Part shown: one piece after another, positions 13,504 through 26,299 of the stretch
How positions within the stretch are numbered: the stretch's first letter is position 1
Layout: each line of letters begins with the position of its first letter
Assembly (NCBI RefSeq): GCF_004010195.1
Contig: NC_057753.1
Coordinates: 2,191,243 to 2,253,107 of the forward strand
Direction: 5' to 3'
Source: Chiloscyllium plagiosum
Taxonomy: Eukaryota
DNA length: 61,865 nt
Position numbers and translations under genes: made by a program
The notes under the pieces: generated by a model
Database searches by the model: none
The model's input: the letters and a program-made list of their open reading frames with translations, nothing else
What the model was told of the DNA's origin: nothing

Positions 13504-13921
13504 ATCTAAAAGCATCTGTGTGTGCAAGGGAATCTGTGCGAGAGAGCTTGTGAAATTAGTGAAGTGGGAGTGTTCAAGCATATATGTTAAGTCTCTGAGT
13601 GCAAGAGTGTAAAAGTGTGCAAGAGTATGTAAATATGAGGGTATGTGTGTTAGATTATGCGTGTGATTGCTTCGGTGTGTGTAAGTGTGAGCGCATGTGC
13701 ATGCGAGGGTGAGAACATGTATAAGCATGTGTATGTGAGTGTGTGTTGTGTTTGACGGTGTGAGAAAGTGAGCGTATGTGAGTGTGAGGCTAACCTGCAT
13801 TCTCTACGGGAAGAATGCGGGTAAGTGGAGTTGAAATGCCCATCAGCCATGATTGAATGGCGGAGTGGACTCGATGGGCCGAATGGCCTTACTTCTGCTC
13901 CTATGTCTTATGGTCTTAAGT

Positions 13922-14609
13922 NNNNNNNNNNNNNNNNNNNNNNNNNNNNNNNNNNNNNNNNNNNNNNNNNNNNNNNNNNNNNNNNNNNNNNNNNNNNNNN
14001 NNNNNNNNNNNNNNNNNNNNNNNNNNNNNNNNNNNNNNNNNNNNNNNNNNNNNNNNNNNNNNNNNNNNNNNNNNNNNNNNNNNNNNNNNNNNNNNNNNNN
14101 NNNNNNNNNNNNNNNNNNNNNNNNNNNNNNNNNNNNNNNNNNNNNNNNNNNNNNNNNNNNNNNNNNNNNNNNNNNNNNNNNNNNNNNNNNNNNNNNNNNN
14201 NNNNNNNNNNNNNNNNNNNNNNNNNNNNNNNNNNNNNNNNNNNNNNNNNNNNNNNNNNNNNNNNNNNNNNNNNNNNNNNNNNNNNNNNNNNNNNNNNNNN
14301 NNNNNNNNNNNNNNNNNNNNNNNNNNNNNNNNNNNNNNNNNNNNNNNNNNNNNNNNNNNNNNNNNNNNNNNNNNNNNNNNNNNNNNNNNNNNNNNNNNNN
14401 NNNNNNNNNNNNNNNNNNNNNNNNNNNNNNNNNNNNNNNNNNNNNNNNNNNNNNNNNNNNNNNNNNNNNNNNNNNNNNNNNNNNNNNNNNNNNNNNNNNN
14501 NNNNNNNNNNNNNNNNNNNNNNNNNNNNNNNNNNNNNNNNNNNNNNNNNNNNNNNNNNNNNNNNNNNNNNNNNNNNNNNNNNNNNNNNNNNNNNNNNNNN
14601 NNNNNNNNN
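13922..14609. other. Assembly gap (other gaps at 22151-22217, 22485-22488, 51801-51819)
   Basis: Runs of N. Confidence 1.
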
Positions 14610-15439
14610 GTGTCTTTGCGTCTGAAGTTGAGAGCGAGTGGAATGAATCGGTGAAAGTGTATGTGGGTGAGAGAGTATGAGAGAGAGTATGCGAGTGTGT
14701 GTGGATAATGCGAGAGATGAGAGTGAGAGATTATGAGAGTGAGAGAGTATGGGTGTTAGCATGTGCATTAGTGTACACTTTAGTAAGAGTGTCTGTGTAA
14801 GTGTACAAGTGTAGTGTGAGAGTGTATGCGTGAGAATGTTATGTGTGAAAGTGTATCTACGACAGGTTGAGAGTGCGTGAGACATGAGCATGTGAAGTAA
14901 CAAAGTGAAAGTGAGGATCAGTATATATGTGTAAGGTTGAGAATGAGAGCATGTGAGTGTGTGTGTCTTTGTTAGATTGTGCACTTGCGTGGTTGTATAA
15001 GTGCGAGTGGGTATGTCAGAGAAAATGTGCATGAGGGTTTGAGTGTATGAATGTGAGTGTATCTGAAACTGAGTGTTTTAGTGTGTATGATTGTGGGAGT
15101 CTGACTTGGTCCATAACGCAGGAGACGGTTTGCGTGCATCAGTATCAGTGCATGTAACTGTGAGTGATTTTGTGAGTGTGTGTCATGAGAGTGGAAGAGT
15201 GAGCGAGAACGTAACCATGTGCGAGAGTGAGTGGGAGAGAGAGAGTGAGAGACTGAGAGGCAAGAATGAGAGTGTAAGTGATTAATGTACACGCGTGAGA
15301 TTGTGTAAGCATGTGTGTGGATCTGCATCAGTGTTTGCACGAGAGTGAGTGTGAGTGCATGTGAAAGTGCGTGAGAACCTGTGTGAGACTGTGTGTTGCA
15401 AGATGGAGAGAAAGAGTTAGGAGTTACATCATGGGATCA

Positions 15440-15936
15440 TAGACATTCGAACTGTAAACTCAGATGGACGCACACAGGCATGGTCTCTCACATCGCTTCA
15501 ACACATCACTGTGTTCCTTGGCCAACATCTCTGTGCCGGGCTTGCTTCAGTGCTCCAGCAGAGCTCACTGCAGGCTGGAAGAACAGCATCTCATTTTCTC
15601 CTTCGGCATTCTCATGATCGAGTTCAATAATTTTGGGGCCTGAGCATCTTCTCCCATATCCTTATCCCAACGACTGTGTTCTGTCATCACATTGGCTGCT
15701 ACCACATTCATGCTATTGTTATTTACTAACCATTCCCGTAAGTATCTTTTGTTTTCCCCCAGGCTGACCTTGACCCCTTTCTTTGTCTGTCAAACTGTTC
15801 TCTCTCTCTCTTCAATCATCTCCTCCAATCATTTTACTGCTCACTCCCTGGCCTCCACCTAATCTTCAGCACATAAGCCAAAATTTTCCTAGCTACAACA
15901 GTTGAAATAAAGGGGCACTGGACCCGAAATGTTAAT
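15440..15936 (+). mobile_element. Penelope-like 3' end
   Basis: RLEEQHLIFSF (GIY-YIG C-terminal-like), ending in the degenerate hammerhead ...GGGCACTGGACCCGAAATGTTAA. Confidence 0.6.
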
Positions 15937-15955
15937 CATTGAATCACAGATTTGA

Positions 15956-16143
15956 ATCATAGGAACCCCACTGCACAGAAACAGGCCATTCAGCCCAACA
16001 AGTCCACACCAACCCTCTGAAGAGCAAGCACCCGGACCCATTCCTATACCCTATTACTGTACATGTCCCCTGACTAACGCACCTAATCTACACATCCCTG
16101 TACACTAGAGGCAATGTAGTATGGCCAATTCACCGTGCCGCCC
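15956..16143 (-). mobile_element. Internally deleted V-SINE
   Basis: Tail and head present; V-domain missing. Confidence 0.7.
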
Positions 16144-16154
16144 ATGTTAAGATT

Positions 16155-19100
16155 CATACAGTGCAGAAAAGCCCTTTGGCCCATTGAGTATACACTGACA
16201 TAATTACCATTAAAGGTGAGCTAATCCAAATTTCCTGCACCTGTCCCCTATCCCTGAACGTTAATGATACTTGAAGTGCTCATCCAAATATTTTTTAAAG
16301 TTTGTAAGGCTTCCTGCCTCTACTACCTTCCCAGAGAATGCATTCCAGATTCTCACCACCTGCTGAGCGAAAAAGCGTTTTCTCAGACCGCACCCCCCCA
16401 CGAATTTCCAGCTCTTCACCCTAAAACTATGCCCTCTCGTGATAAATCCCTCAATCAAGGGGAACAACTGCTCTCTATTCACCCTGTCACAATCTTTTAC
16501 ACCTCAATCAGGTCCTCTCTGCTCTAAAGAAAACAATCCAGGCCTCTCTCGTCTCTCCTTATATAGCTTACTTTCTCCATCTCAGGCAACATTGTGGTGA
16601 CTCTCCTCTGTACCCCAACTAATGTTGTCCTTCCTGTGGTGAGGTGACCAGAACTGCACACAATACTCCAGCTGTAGTCTGACCAACACTCTAAACAACT
16701 CCACCATTATTCCCTTGCTTTTATACTCCATGCCACAACTGATGAAAGCAAGTGTCCCATATGCATTCTTAACTATCTGATTCATGTGCTCTGCTGACAT
16801 TCAGGGATCTGTGAATAATTATTTCAAGATCCATTTGTTCCTCTAAGCTACCCAGTCTCCTGCGTTATGGACCAAGTCATACTCCTCAGAATATTTTAAG
16901 AAGGTAGCCCAAACTGTAACTTTGTTTCAGGTAAGTGCACATTAGATATTGCCAGAGTGAATTAGCTGGTCCGACTGTCGAATTTTAAACAAACAGAATT
17001 TATTTACAATTACGGAATGAAACACAAAGAAAACAAAATAGAATACCAGTTAACTTATCCTATCGAGAAACCTGACAGACAATCCCGACTTAATGCTGCT
17101 GTTCCAACAATACTTGCAACAATCACCATAAAGAGACCACTGTGCGCACAGATTAAAAATGACACATAAAGCTTACAGGTCACAAAGTCAGGAGGAGGGG
17201 AAGAGCTTCCCGTTTCAACTGTGGCTCTGACGCAACTAACTCCTAAACTGAGAGCTGGACACCCCCCCTTGAGTATACCTTCTTTTAAGACTTGAAAGCT
17301 AAGGCCGGAGGCGTTACCTGTTAGAGATAAACAAAAAGGGCCCCAATGAATCACTTAAATTCGGTCTGTTTGGAGCTCAGCCAATTACCCCCTTCTCCGA
17401 AAAAGAAACACAAGGGCACAGTAACCTTGTAAAAAGACCATCAATGTGACACTTGCCATTCATTAGATACTCCCTCATCTTGCTTCTTCATCTAAAGTGC
17501 ATCACCTCACATATATCCGGGTTAAATACCATCTGCCACTGGTCTGCCCATCTGACAAACCCATGTATATCTTCCTGTAACCTGCAACCATCAGCTTCAC
17601 TATGAATCACTCTGCCAATATTCATGTCATCTGCAAATTTGCATAACATTCCTCCCACATTTTCATCAACATTATTCGTGTACATAACAAACATTTAGGG
17701 TCCATTAATGATCCTTTTGATGCACCACTGGACACCGGCCTCCAGTCATTGAAACAGCCTTCTACCACTAACCTTTGCGTCTCGTAACTAAGCCAATTTC
17801 TGAACCATCTCACCAAGTTTCCCTCAATTCCATGTGCTTTCACCTTCTCAATCAGTCTCCCATGTGGGACCTTGTCCAAAGCTTTGCTAAATGTCAGAAA
17901 TGCTTTGCTAAAATCCATATAAACTACGTGAACTGAACATCCCTCATCCACACACTTTATCACATTTTCAAAAAATTTCTAACAAATTAGTTAGGCATAA
18001 CCTCCATCTGACAAAGCCATGCTGACTATCCCAAATTAACCCATGCTTTTCCAAGTGGATATTATTCGCTCCTTCAGATTTTCTCTGATAGTTACCCTAC
18101 CACTAATGTGAGACTCACCAGTCTGTAATTTCCTGGTTCAACTCTATCACTGTTCTTGAAAAATGGGACTACATTTGCTGTCCTTCAGTCCTCTGGCACT
18201 TCCCCTATTAAAGATTTGTGGCCAAGCCCCTGTAATTTCCTGCCTTGCCTCTCACAGCAGCCTGGAGTGCAATTCATGCGGGCCAGGGCTTTGTCATTTT
18301 TAAGTCTGACAGAGCTTCTATTACCTCAACCTTTCCTCTGTCAAAGTGTGCAAGTTGCTCACAATCGCTTTTCCTGAATTCCGAACCTACGTCTCCGAAA
18401 TGAAGACTGAAGCGAAACGTTCACTCAACACCTTTCTGATATCCTGCAGTTTCACAGAAAGGTTGTCCCTTGGTCGGTAACGGGCCCTACTCATTTCCTG
18501 GTTAACCTTTTAATGCATTTATAAACATCTTAGGATTCTCCCTAAACCTATTCACAAGTCCTTTTTCATGCCCTCTTTCTGTTCATCTAATTGCTTTCTT
18601 TTAAGTTCCCTTCAGCACTTCCTGTATTCCTCCAGGACCACAGCTGAATCACTCCCTTTGGACTTGCTGAAAGCCTTTCTCTCCTTCCTCAACCAGTCCT
18701 GAATTGTCCTCGACAACCAGGGTTCTCTGAACTTATTGCTCCTACATTTCTCTCATAAAGGGTACACATCAGACCTGAACTCTCCCCGGTTCCTTTTTGA
18801 ATGCCTGCCACTGCTCTGCAGTAGACTTACCTGCAAGGAGCTGTTCCCAGTTTACCGTAGACAGACCCTGCTTTATTTGCCTTTCCCCAATCCAATGCCA
18901 TCTTTTGCAGTCCATCTCTTTCCTTGTCCAGAACAATTTTGAGCCATATTGCGATTGCTATCGCTGAAATGTTCCACCACTGCCACATTGAACACCTGTT
19001 TAGCTTCTTTCCCAGACTCAGGTCCAGTAATGTGCTGTCCTTTGATGGGCCTATTAGGCAATGATACTAAAATTCACGCCTGGATGCATTTCAAGGAATA

Positions 19101-19460
19101 CGCCCCTTCCAAACCCTTAACACTATGACTTATCCCAATTTCTGATGAGAAATTTGAAATCCCCAGCATAATTACCCAATTATTACTCTTAGACACCTCT
19201 GTGAACTGTCCACAGGTTTGCTCCTGGCTGATTCATCCCTTCCCACTGACTCTTTGGAGACCTATAATAGACTCCTAATAAAGGGGCTGTCCCACTAACA
19301 TTCTAAAGTTCGACCCACAAAGCCTCGTCTGCGCACACTTCCAAAATATCATTTCACCTTTTTTGCAGAAATTAACTCCGAAATTAATACTGCTACACCA
19401 CCACTCTCTTTACAATCTCCTCTACCTTGCTTAAAGATCCTGTAGCCCAGAATGTTAACT
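16155..19460 (-). mobile_element. Long decayed CR1 LINE (endonuclease to 3' tail), interrupted by a solo LTR
   Basis: VVYMDFSKAF, KFADD, LEYCVQFWSPH and EHFSDSNRN segments in the ORF track. Confidence 0.88.
16863..17451 (-). mobile_element. Solo LTR inserted in CR1
   Basis: (T>C)GTTA...GTGACA termini, 4-bp flanks CCTG/CTTG, CR1 sequence contiguous across the insertion, and a minus-strand AATAAA near 17000. Confidence 0.65.
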
Positions 19461-19557
19461 GTGCTTTCTCTCCACAGATGCTACCAGACCAACCGTGCAA
19501 TTTCTATTTTTGTTTCGCATTTGGAGAATCTGCAGTTTTTGTGTTTACTTTTCTTTA

Positions 19558-21731
19558 AGTGAATGATGATGCTCATCCCAGGGAAGTAGAGAGGGAGAGA
19601 GTACAAGCCACAAAGGATGAACGGCCACTTTTCTCCTTTTCACAAGCTCTGAAACACTACACATTGCACCATTGTCTGTGAATGATGCCCATCCCAGCGC
19701 AGCAGAGAGGGAGACAGTATAACCCACAAAAGGCTGAATGGCCACCTTCCCCTGTGCTCTGTGACATTGCACTATTCCCTCTCAATGATGCCCATCCCAG
19801 CGCAGCAGAGGGGGAGACAGTACAGGCCACAAAGGGCTGAATGTACACATTCCCCTGTGCTCTGAGACATTGCACCATTGCCTGTGAATGATGCACATCC
19901 TAGTTAAGCAGATAGGGAGAGAGTGCAGGACACAAAAGAGTGGCCAGTTTCCCCTGTGCTCTGTGACACTGTAACACTGACTGTGAATGATGCCCATCCT
20001 AGTCCAGCAGAGAGAAAAAGAGTCCAGGCCACAAAGCGCTGAATGGCCATTTTCTCCTGTGCTCTGTGACATTGCACATTGTCAAAAATGATGCCCATCC
20101 CAGGGCAGCAAAGAGGGAGAGACTACAGGACACAAAAAGCTGAATGGCCACATTCTCCTGTGTTCTGTGACATTGCATATCACCCGTGAATGATGCCCTT
20201 CCTCGTGCTGCAGAGAGGGAGAGAGTAGAGGTCACAAAGGACTGAATGGCCACTTCTCTGTGCTCTGTGACACTGCACCATTGTCTGTGAATGATGCTCA
20301 TCTCAGGGCAGTAGAGACGGGGAGAATACAGGCCATAAATGGCCAAATGGCCACTTCCCCTGTGCTCTGTGACACTGCACACTGTACCATTCCCTATGAA
20401 TAATACCCAACCAGGACAGCAGATACAGAGAGAGAGAACGGGTCACAAAGGGCTGAATGACCCCTGTGTTCTTTGTCAATACAACATTGTCTGTGAATGA
20501 AGCCCTTCCCAGAGCAGCAGAGGGAGAGACTACAGACCACAAAGGGCTGAATAGCCACCTTCCCTGGTGCTCTGTGACACTGCACACTGTACCACTGACT
20601 GTGAATGATGCCCATCCCAGGGCAGCAGAAAACGAGAGAGTACAGGGCTGAATGGCTACCATCCCTTGTGCTCTGTGACACTGCAAATTGTCTGTGAATG
20701 ATGCCATTCTGAGGGCAACAGATAGGAAGAGAGTACAGGCCACAAAAGGCTGAATGGCCATCTTCTTCATGCTCTGTGACATTGCACATTTGCCTCTCAA
20801 TGATGCCCTTCCTAGGGCCGCAGAATGGGATAGAGTACAGGCCACAAAGGGCTGAGTAGCCACTTTCTCCTGTGCTCTGTGACAATGCAAATTGTCTGTG
20901 AATGATTCTCGTCCCAGCACAGCAGAGACAGAGACAGTACAGGCCACAAAGGGCTGAGTGGCTACTTTCCCCAGTGCTCTGTGACAATGCACATTGTCTG
21001 TGAATGATGCCCATCCCAGTGCAGCAGAGTGGGAGGGAGTACAGGCCACACAGGGCTGAATGGCCACTTTTCCCTGTGGTCTGAGACACTGCACATTGCA
21101 CCACTGTCTGTGAATAATGCCCTTCCCAGGGCAGCAGACAGGGAGAGAGTACAGGCCACATAGGACTGAACGACCACTTTCCCCTGTGCTCTGTCACAAT
21201 GCACAATGTCAAAAATTATGTCCATTGTAGTGTAGCAGATAGGGGAACACAATGGGACCCACAGGGCTGAGTGACCACTTCCGCTGTGCTCTGTGACATT
21301 GTACATTATATTATTGCCTGTGAATGACGCTGTTCCCAGGGCAGCAGAGAGGGAGAGAATACAGGCCACAAAGGGCTGAATAGCCACCTTCCCCTGTACT
21401 CTCTGATATTGTACCATTGCCTGTGAATGATGCCCATCCTCGTGCAGCAGAGAGGAAGACAGTACAGGTCTCAAATAGCTGAATGGCCACTTAACCCTGT
21501 GTTCTGTGACACTGTCCATGAATGATGCCCATCTCAGGGTAGCAGAGATGGAGACAGTGCGAACCACACTGGGCTGAATGACTACTTCCCCTGCACTCTG
21601 TGACATTGCACATTGCACCATTGTCTGTGAATAATGCTCAAAGAGATGTGAAGAATACAAACCATAAACGGCTGATCGGTACCTTCCTCTGTGCTCTGAG
21701 ACACTATACCATTGTCTATGAATGATTCCCA
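19558..21731. repeat. Satellite array, ~100-110 bp monomer (block 1)
   Basis: Recurrent unit CAGCAGAGAGGGAGAGAGTACAGGCCACAAAGGGCTGAATGGCCACCTTCCCCTGTGCTCTGTGACATTGCACCATTGTCTGTGAATGATGCCCATCCCAGGG. Confidence 0.95.
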
Positions 21732-22844
21732 GAGTCTAGATCAGAGTGGTGCTGGAAAAGCACAGCACGTCAGGCTGCATCCGAGGAACAGGAAAATCGA
21801 AGTTTCGGGCAAAAGCCCTTCATCTGGAATAGAGGCAGGAAGCCTCCAGGGTGGAGAGATAAATGGGGGGTGTGGAGCTGGGTAGAAGGCAGCATAGAGT
21901 ACAATAGGTGGATGGGGGTGGGGATGGAGGTGATAGGTCAGAGGGGAGGGTGGAGTGGATCGGTGGAAAGGGAGATAGGCAGGAAGGACAATTCATGAGG
22001 GCGGTGCTGAGCTGAAAGGTTGGAGCTGGAGTGAGGTGGGGGGAGGGGAAATGAGGAAACTGGTGAAGTCCTCATTGATGCCATGGGGTTGAACGACAAA
22101 CCTCCCCGAGGTCCTACCATTAACTCTGCAAGTCTTACCCTGGTTTGTCTNNNNNNNNNNNNNNNNNNNNNNNNNNNNNNNNNNNNNNNNNNNNNNNNNN
22201 NNNNNNNNNNNNNNNNNGGGCGCAGGTTTTGCAGTTCCTGCGGTGGCAGGGGAAGGTGCCAGGATGGGAGGGTGGGTTGTAGGGGGGGCGTGGACCTGAC
22301 CAGGTAGTCACCGCGGAAAGCGGTGGGGAGGAAAACATATCTCTGGTGGTAGGGTCCGTTTGGAGGTGGCAGAAATGTTGGCGGATGATGCGGTTTATGC
22401 GAAGGTTGGTAGGGTGGAGAGTGAGGACCACGGGGGTTCTGTCCTTGTTACAGTTGGAGGGGTGGGGTTTGAGGGTGGAGGTGCNNNNGGGGTTTGAGGG
22501 CGGAGGTGTGGGATGTAGATCAGGTGCGCTGGAGGGCATCTTCAAGCAGGTGAGAAGGGAAACTGTGATCTCCCAAGGAGGCCATCTGGTGTGTTCTGTG
22601 GTGGAACTAGTCCTCCTGGGAGCAGAAACGGTGGAGGCAGAGGAATTGGGAATACCGGATGGCATTTTTGCAGGAGGTAGGGTGGGAAGAGATGTAGTCC
22701 AGGTAGCTATGGGAGTCGGTGGGTTTGTAAAAAATGTCAGTGTCAAGTCGGTCGTCATTAATGGAGAGGAGAGATCCAGGAAGGAGAGGGAGGTGTCAGA
22801 GATGGTCCAGGTAAATTTAAGGTCGGGCTGGAATTTGTTGCTGA
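21732..22844 (-). mobile_element. Penelope-like retroelement 3' fragment inserted in the satellite
   Basis: Minus-strand peptides NKDRTPVVLTLHPTNLRINRIIRQHF and PGTFPCHRRNCKTC, plus the terminal repeat GTGGTGCTGGAAAAGCACAGC. An 11-bp flanking duplication AATGATTCCCA lies at 21721 and 22845. Contains a gap. Confidence 0.85.
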
Positions 22845-25097
22845 AATGATTCCCATCCCAGTGCAGCGGACAGAGAGAGAGAACGGGTCACACAGGGCTG
22901 AATGGCCACCTTCCCCGGTGCTCTGTGACATTGCACACTGTACTATTGACTGTAAATGATGCCCATCCCAGGGCAGCAGAGAGGGAGAGAGTACAGGCCA
23001 CACAGGTTGAATGGCTACCATCCCTTGTGCTCTGTGACACTGCAAATTGTCTGTGAATGATGCCGTTCGGAAGGCAACAAATAGAGAGTACAAGTCACAA
23101 AGGGCTGAATGGCCATCCTCCTCATGCTCTGTGACATTGCACTTTTGCCTCTCAATGATGCCCTTCACACGGTAGCAGAACGGGATAGAGTACAGGCCAC
23201 AAAGGGCTGAGTGGCCACTTTCCCCTATGCTCTGTGACAATGCACAATATCAAAAATGATGTCCATTGTAGTGCAGCAGATAGGGAAACACTACAGGCCC
23301 CACAGGGCTGAATGGCCACTTCCGCTGTGCTCTGTGACATTGTACATTGCTTTATTGCCTGTGAATGACACTGTTCCCAGAGTAACAGAGAGGGAGAGAA
23401 TACAGGCCACAAACGGCTGAATAGCCACCTTCCTCTGTGCTCTATGATATTGCACCATTGCCTGTGAATGATGCCCATCCCAGTGCATCAGATACAGAGA
23501 GAGAACGGGCCACGCGGGGCTGAATGGCCACCTTCCCCTGTGCTCTGTGTCACTGCAACATTGTCTGTGAATGATGCCCTTCCCAGAACAGAAGATACGG
23601 AGAAAGTACAGATCACAAAGGGCTGATTGGCCACCTTCCCCTGTGCTCTGTGACAATGTACATGGCACCATTGCCTGTGACTGATGCCCTTCCCAGGGCA
23701 GCAGAGAGGGATAGAGTACAGGCCACAAAGGGCTGAATGGCCACCTTCCCCTGTGCGCTGTGATACTGCAACATTGCCTGTGCATGATGCCCATCCCAGC
23801 ACAGCAGAGATGGAGAGAGCTCAGGCCACAAAGGGCTGAAAAGCCACCTTCCCCTGTACTCTGTGACATTGCACCATTTTCTGTGCATGATGCCCATCCC
23901 AGCACAGTCGAGATGGAGAGAGTACAGGCCACAAAGGGCTGAATGACCACCTTCCCATGTGCTCTGTGACACTGCACATTGCACCATTGCCTGTGAATGA
24001 TGCCCATCCCAGTGCAGCAGATAGGGAGACAGTGCAGCCACCAAGGGCTGAATGGCCACCTATCCCTGTGCTCTGTGACACTGCACACTGTAAGATTCTC
24101 TACGAACTATACCCATCCCAGTATAGCAGATACAGAGAGAGAACGGGCCACACGGGGCTGAGTGGCCACCTTCCCCTGTGCTCTGTGTCACTGCAACATT
24201 GTCTGTGAATAATGTCCTTCCCAGAACAGAAGATACAAAGAAAGTACAGATCACAAAGGGCTGAATGGCCACTTTCACCTGTGCTCTGTGACAATGTACA
24301 TTGTACCATTGCCCATGACTGGTGCACTTGGCAGGGCAGCAGAGAGGGAGAGAACAGGTCACAAAGAACTGAATGGCCACCTTCCCCTGTGCTCTGTGAT
24401 ATTGTACCATTGTCTGTGAATGATGCCCATCCTAGTGCAGCAGAGACGGAGACAGTACAGGCCACAATGGGCTGAATGGCCATCTTCCCCTGTGCTCTGT
24501 GATATTACACTTTTGCCTCTCAATGATGCCCTTTCCAGGACAGAACAGGAGAGAATACAGGCCACAAAGGGCTGAGTGGCCACTTTCCCCTGAGCTCTGT
24601 GACATTGTACCATTGTCTATGAACGATACCCATCCCAGCGCAGCAGAATGGGAGAGAATACAGGTTACAAAGGGCTGAATGGCCACCTTCCCCTGTGCTC
24701 TGATGCACTGCAACATTGTCTGTGAATGATGCCCTTCCCAGGGCAGCAGAAAGGGAGAGAGCACAGGCCACACAGGGCTGAATGGCTACCATCCCTTGTG
24801 CTCTGTGACACTGCAAATTGTCTGTGAATGCTGCTGTTCCGAAGGCAACAAATAGAATGAGAGTACAGGTCACAAAGGGCTGAATAGCCATCTTCCTCGT
24901 GCTCTGTGACATTGCATTTTTGCCTCTCAATGATGCCCTTTCCAGGGCAGGAGAACGGGAGACAGTACAGGCCACAAAGGGCTGAGTGGCCACCTTCCCC
25001 TGTGCTCTGTGACGTTGCACCATTGTCTGCGAATGATGCCCATCCCAACGCAGCAGAGACAGAGACAGTACAGGCCACACTGGGCTGAACGGCCACG
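22845..25097. repeat. Satellite array (block 2), ending at promoter 1
   Basis: Same monomer, resuming after the Penelope-like insertion. Confidence 0.95.
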
Positions 25098-25099
25098 AA

Positions 25100-25500
25100 C
25101 CTCACAATGGGGCCACGCTGATTGATGGCACCTCCTAGCCAATAGCGGTGAGCGGCCTCTGGTCCTCCGACCAATCAGAGTGAACAGCGAGTGGGGCGGG
25201 CTCAGCGCGCCGTTCCGCCAGACCGCGCAGGCGCACGGCCTCGGGGACCGGAGCGAGCGGGAAACGTTAACGGCGGAAGAGGAGAAACAGCGGAGAGCAG
25301 GTAAACGGGAAGTTTCATATCTACCCGGTACACAGGCTGGCAGACCCGAACGAAGAGCCAGAAGACTCTGAGTCCCTCGTTGGCAGCAAACGGGCGAGTG
25401 GCAGCGGAGCCAGGCCGCAACCGGCCCGGGCTGCCGCCGCCATCTTTCCTGGAAGCGAGATGCTGCAGGGCGCATGCGTAGTCCCCCTTCCACCAGGCTG
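25100..25500 (+). promoter_or_regulatory. CpG-island promoter 1 with putative non-coding first exon (donor 25300|25301)
   Basis: CpG-dense. TGATTGATGGCA at 25119, CCAAT at 25139 and 25171, GC box at 25193, NRF1-like GCGCAGGCGCA and GCGCATGCG, YY1-like GCCGCCATCTT at about 25435, and a CAG|GTAAAC donor. Confidence 0.75.
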
Positions 25501-25621
25501 TAGGAAAGGGGTTGGACTTGCACCTTGTCAACTCAATCCAAGAGGAAAGTTGGTCTCTTCTGAATTTCTTCTGTGCGCTGAAAGTGATGCATTTTATTTT
25601 ATTTCTGATCTCCTTTTGCAG

Positions 25622-25780
25622 GATTTAAAATCAGAGCAATCAAACATCCCGTCAGGATCCGACTGAGCCTTTGGAGTCATCTGGGATCTGGATATCTTTG
25701 GTATTTGACTTGGGGAGGAACAAGGTTGGTGTGTTCTACCTGTGAGCCTCAGAAATGGCTTAAGTTGAAAAGCAGCAAGA
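25622..25780 (+). pseudogene. Truncated ZNF-type exon relic (leader module plus a degenerate CxxC), followed by a CR1 fragment
   Basis: Acceptor TTTTGCAG at 25621. It translates NQTSRQDPTEPLESSG, like the leaders of both ZNF exons, then LVCSTC. No finger array follows. Confidence 0.45.
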
Positions 25781-26019
25781 AGTTAAAATTCCTGCCTTCG
25801 GCCACTCCTGCTCGATTCTGTGCCCTACACCTGAGGAAAGGGGGAAAAGAAGAAATTATGTTGGCCTTTGAAGAAACCTAGAAGAGATTTACCAAACTGC
25901 CATCTTGATTCCAGTGGTTAATTTATCAGAATTAAACAAATATGCCGGAAGGGCCATTCAGTCCATTGAATCTGACCTGCCTCTCTGGATAACAATCCAG
26001 TCTGTTTCTTTCAAGATTA

Positions 26020-26230
26020 GAGTGGTGCTAGAAAAGCACAGCAGGTCAGGCAGTATCCGAGGAGCAGAAAAATCGACGTTTCGGGCAGGAGCCCTTCATG
26101 ATTCCTGATGAATGGCTCCTGCCTGAAATGTCAATTTTCCTGCTCCTCCGATGCTGCCTGACTTGCTGTGCTTTTTCCAGCACCACAGCTCGACCTGAAT
26201 CTCCAGCAGCTGCAGTCCTCACTTTTGCCT
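26020..26230. mobile_element. Penelope-like terminal hairpin (inverted repeat)
   Basis: Arms at about 26022-26099 and 26105-26185 are reverse complements; CTGATGA...GAAA on the right arm. Confidence 0.8.
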
Positions 26231-26299
26231 TATAAAGTTATATAGTCACACCGCATGTTACAGTTCTTTAACAAGGGTAACTAATTAATTCGGCCTCTA

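Noticed and set aside
13825..15032. ORFs of 266-374 aa
   Set aside because: They span the N gap and TG-rich low-complexity sequence.
19558..25097. CRISPR-like or VLR/LRR-cassette-like array
   Set aside because: The whole monomer is repeated with scattered divergence. There are no unique spacers, no cas genes and no conserved peptide frame, and the context is eukaryotic.
19545..25174. Many long overlapping ORFs (up to 272 aa) on the minus strand
   Set aside because: They are by-products of a satellite with few stop codons. Unit length varies and is not a constant multiple of 3, and all frames open and close at random.
24927..25531. Arg/Pro-rich ORFs over promoter 1 (similarly at 32544-33023 and 53889-54381)
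   Set aside because: Long ORFs are expected in GC-rich islands, and these contain no recognisable domain.
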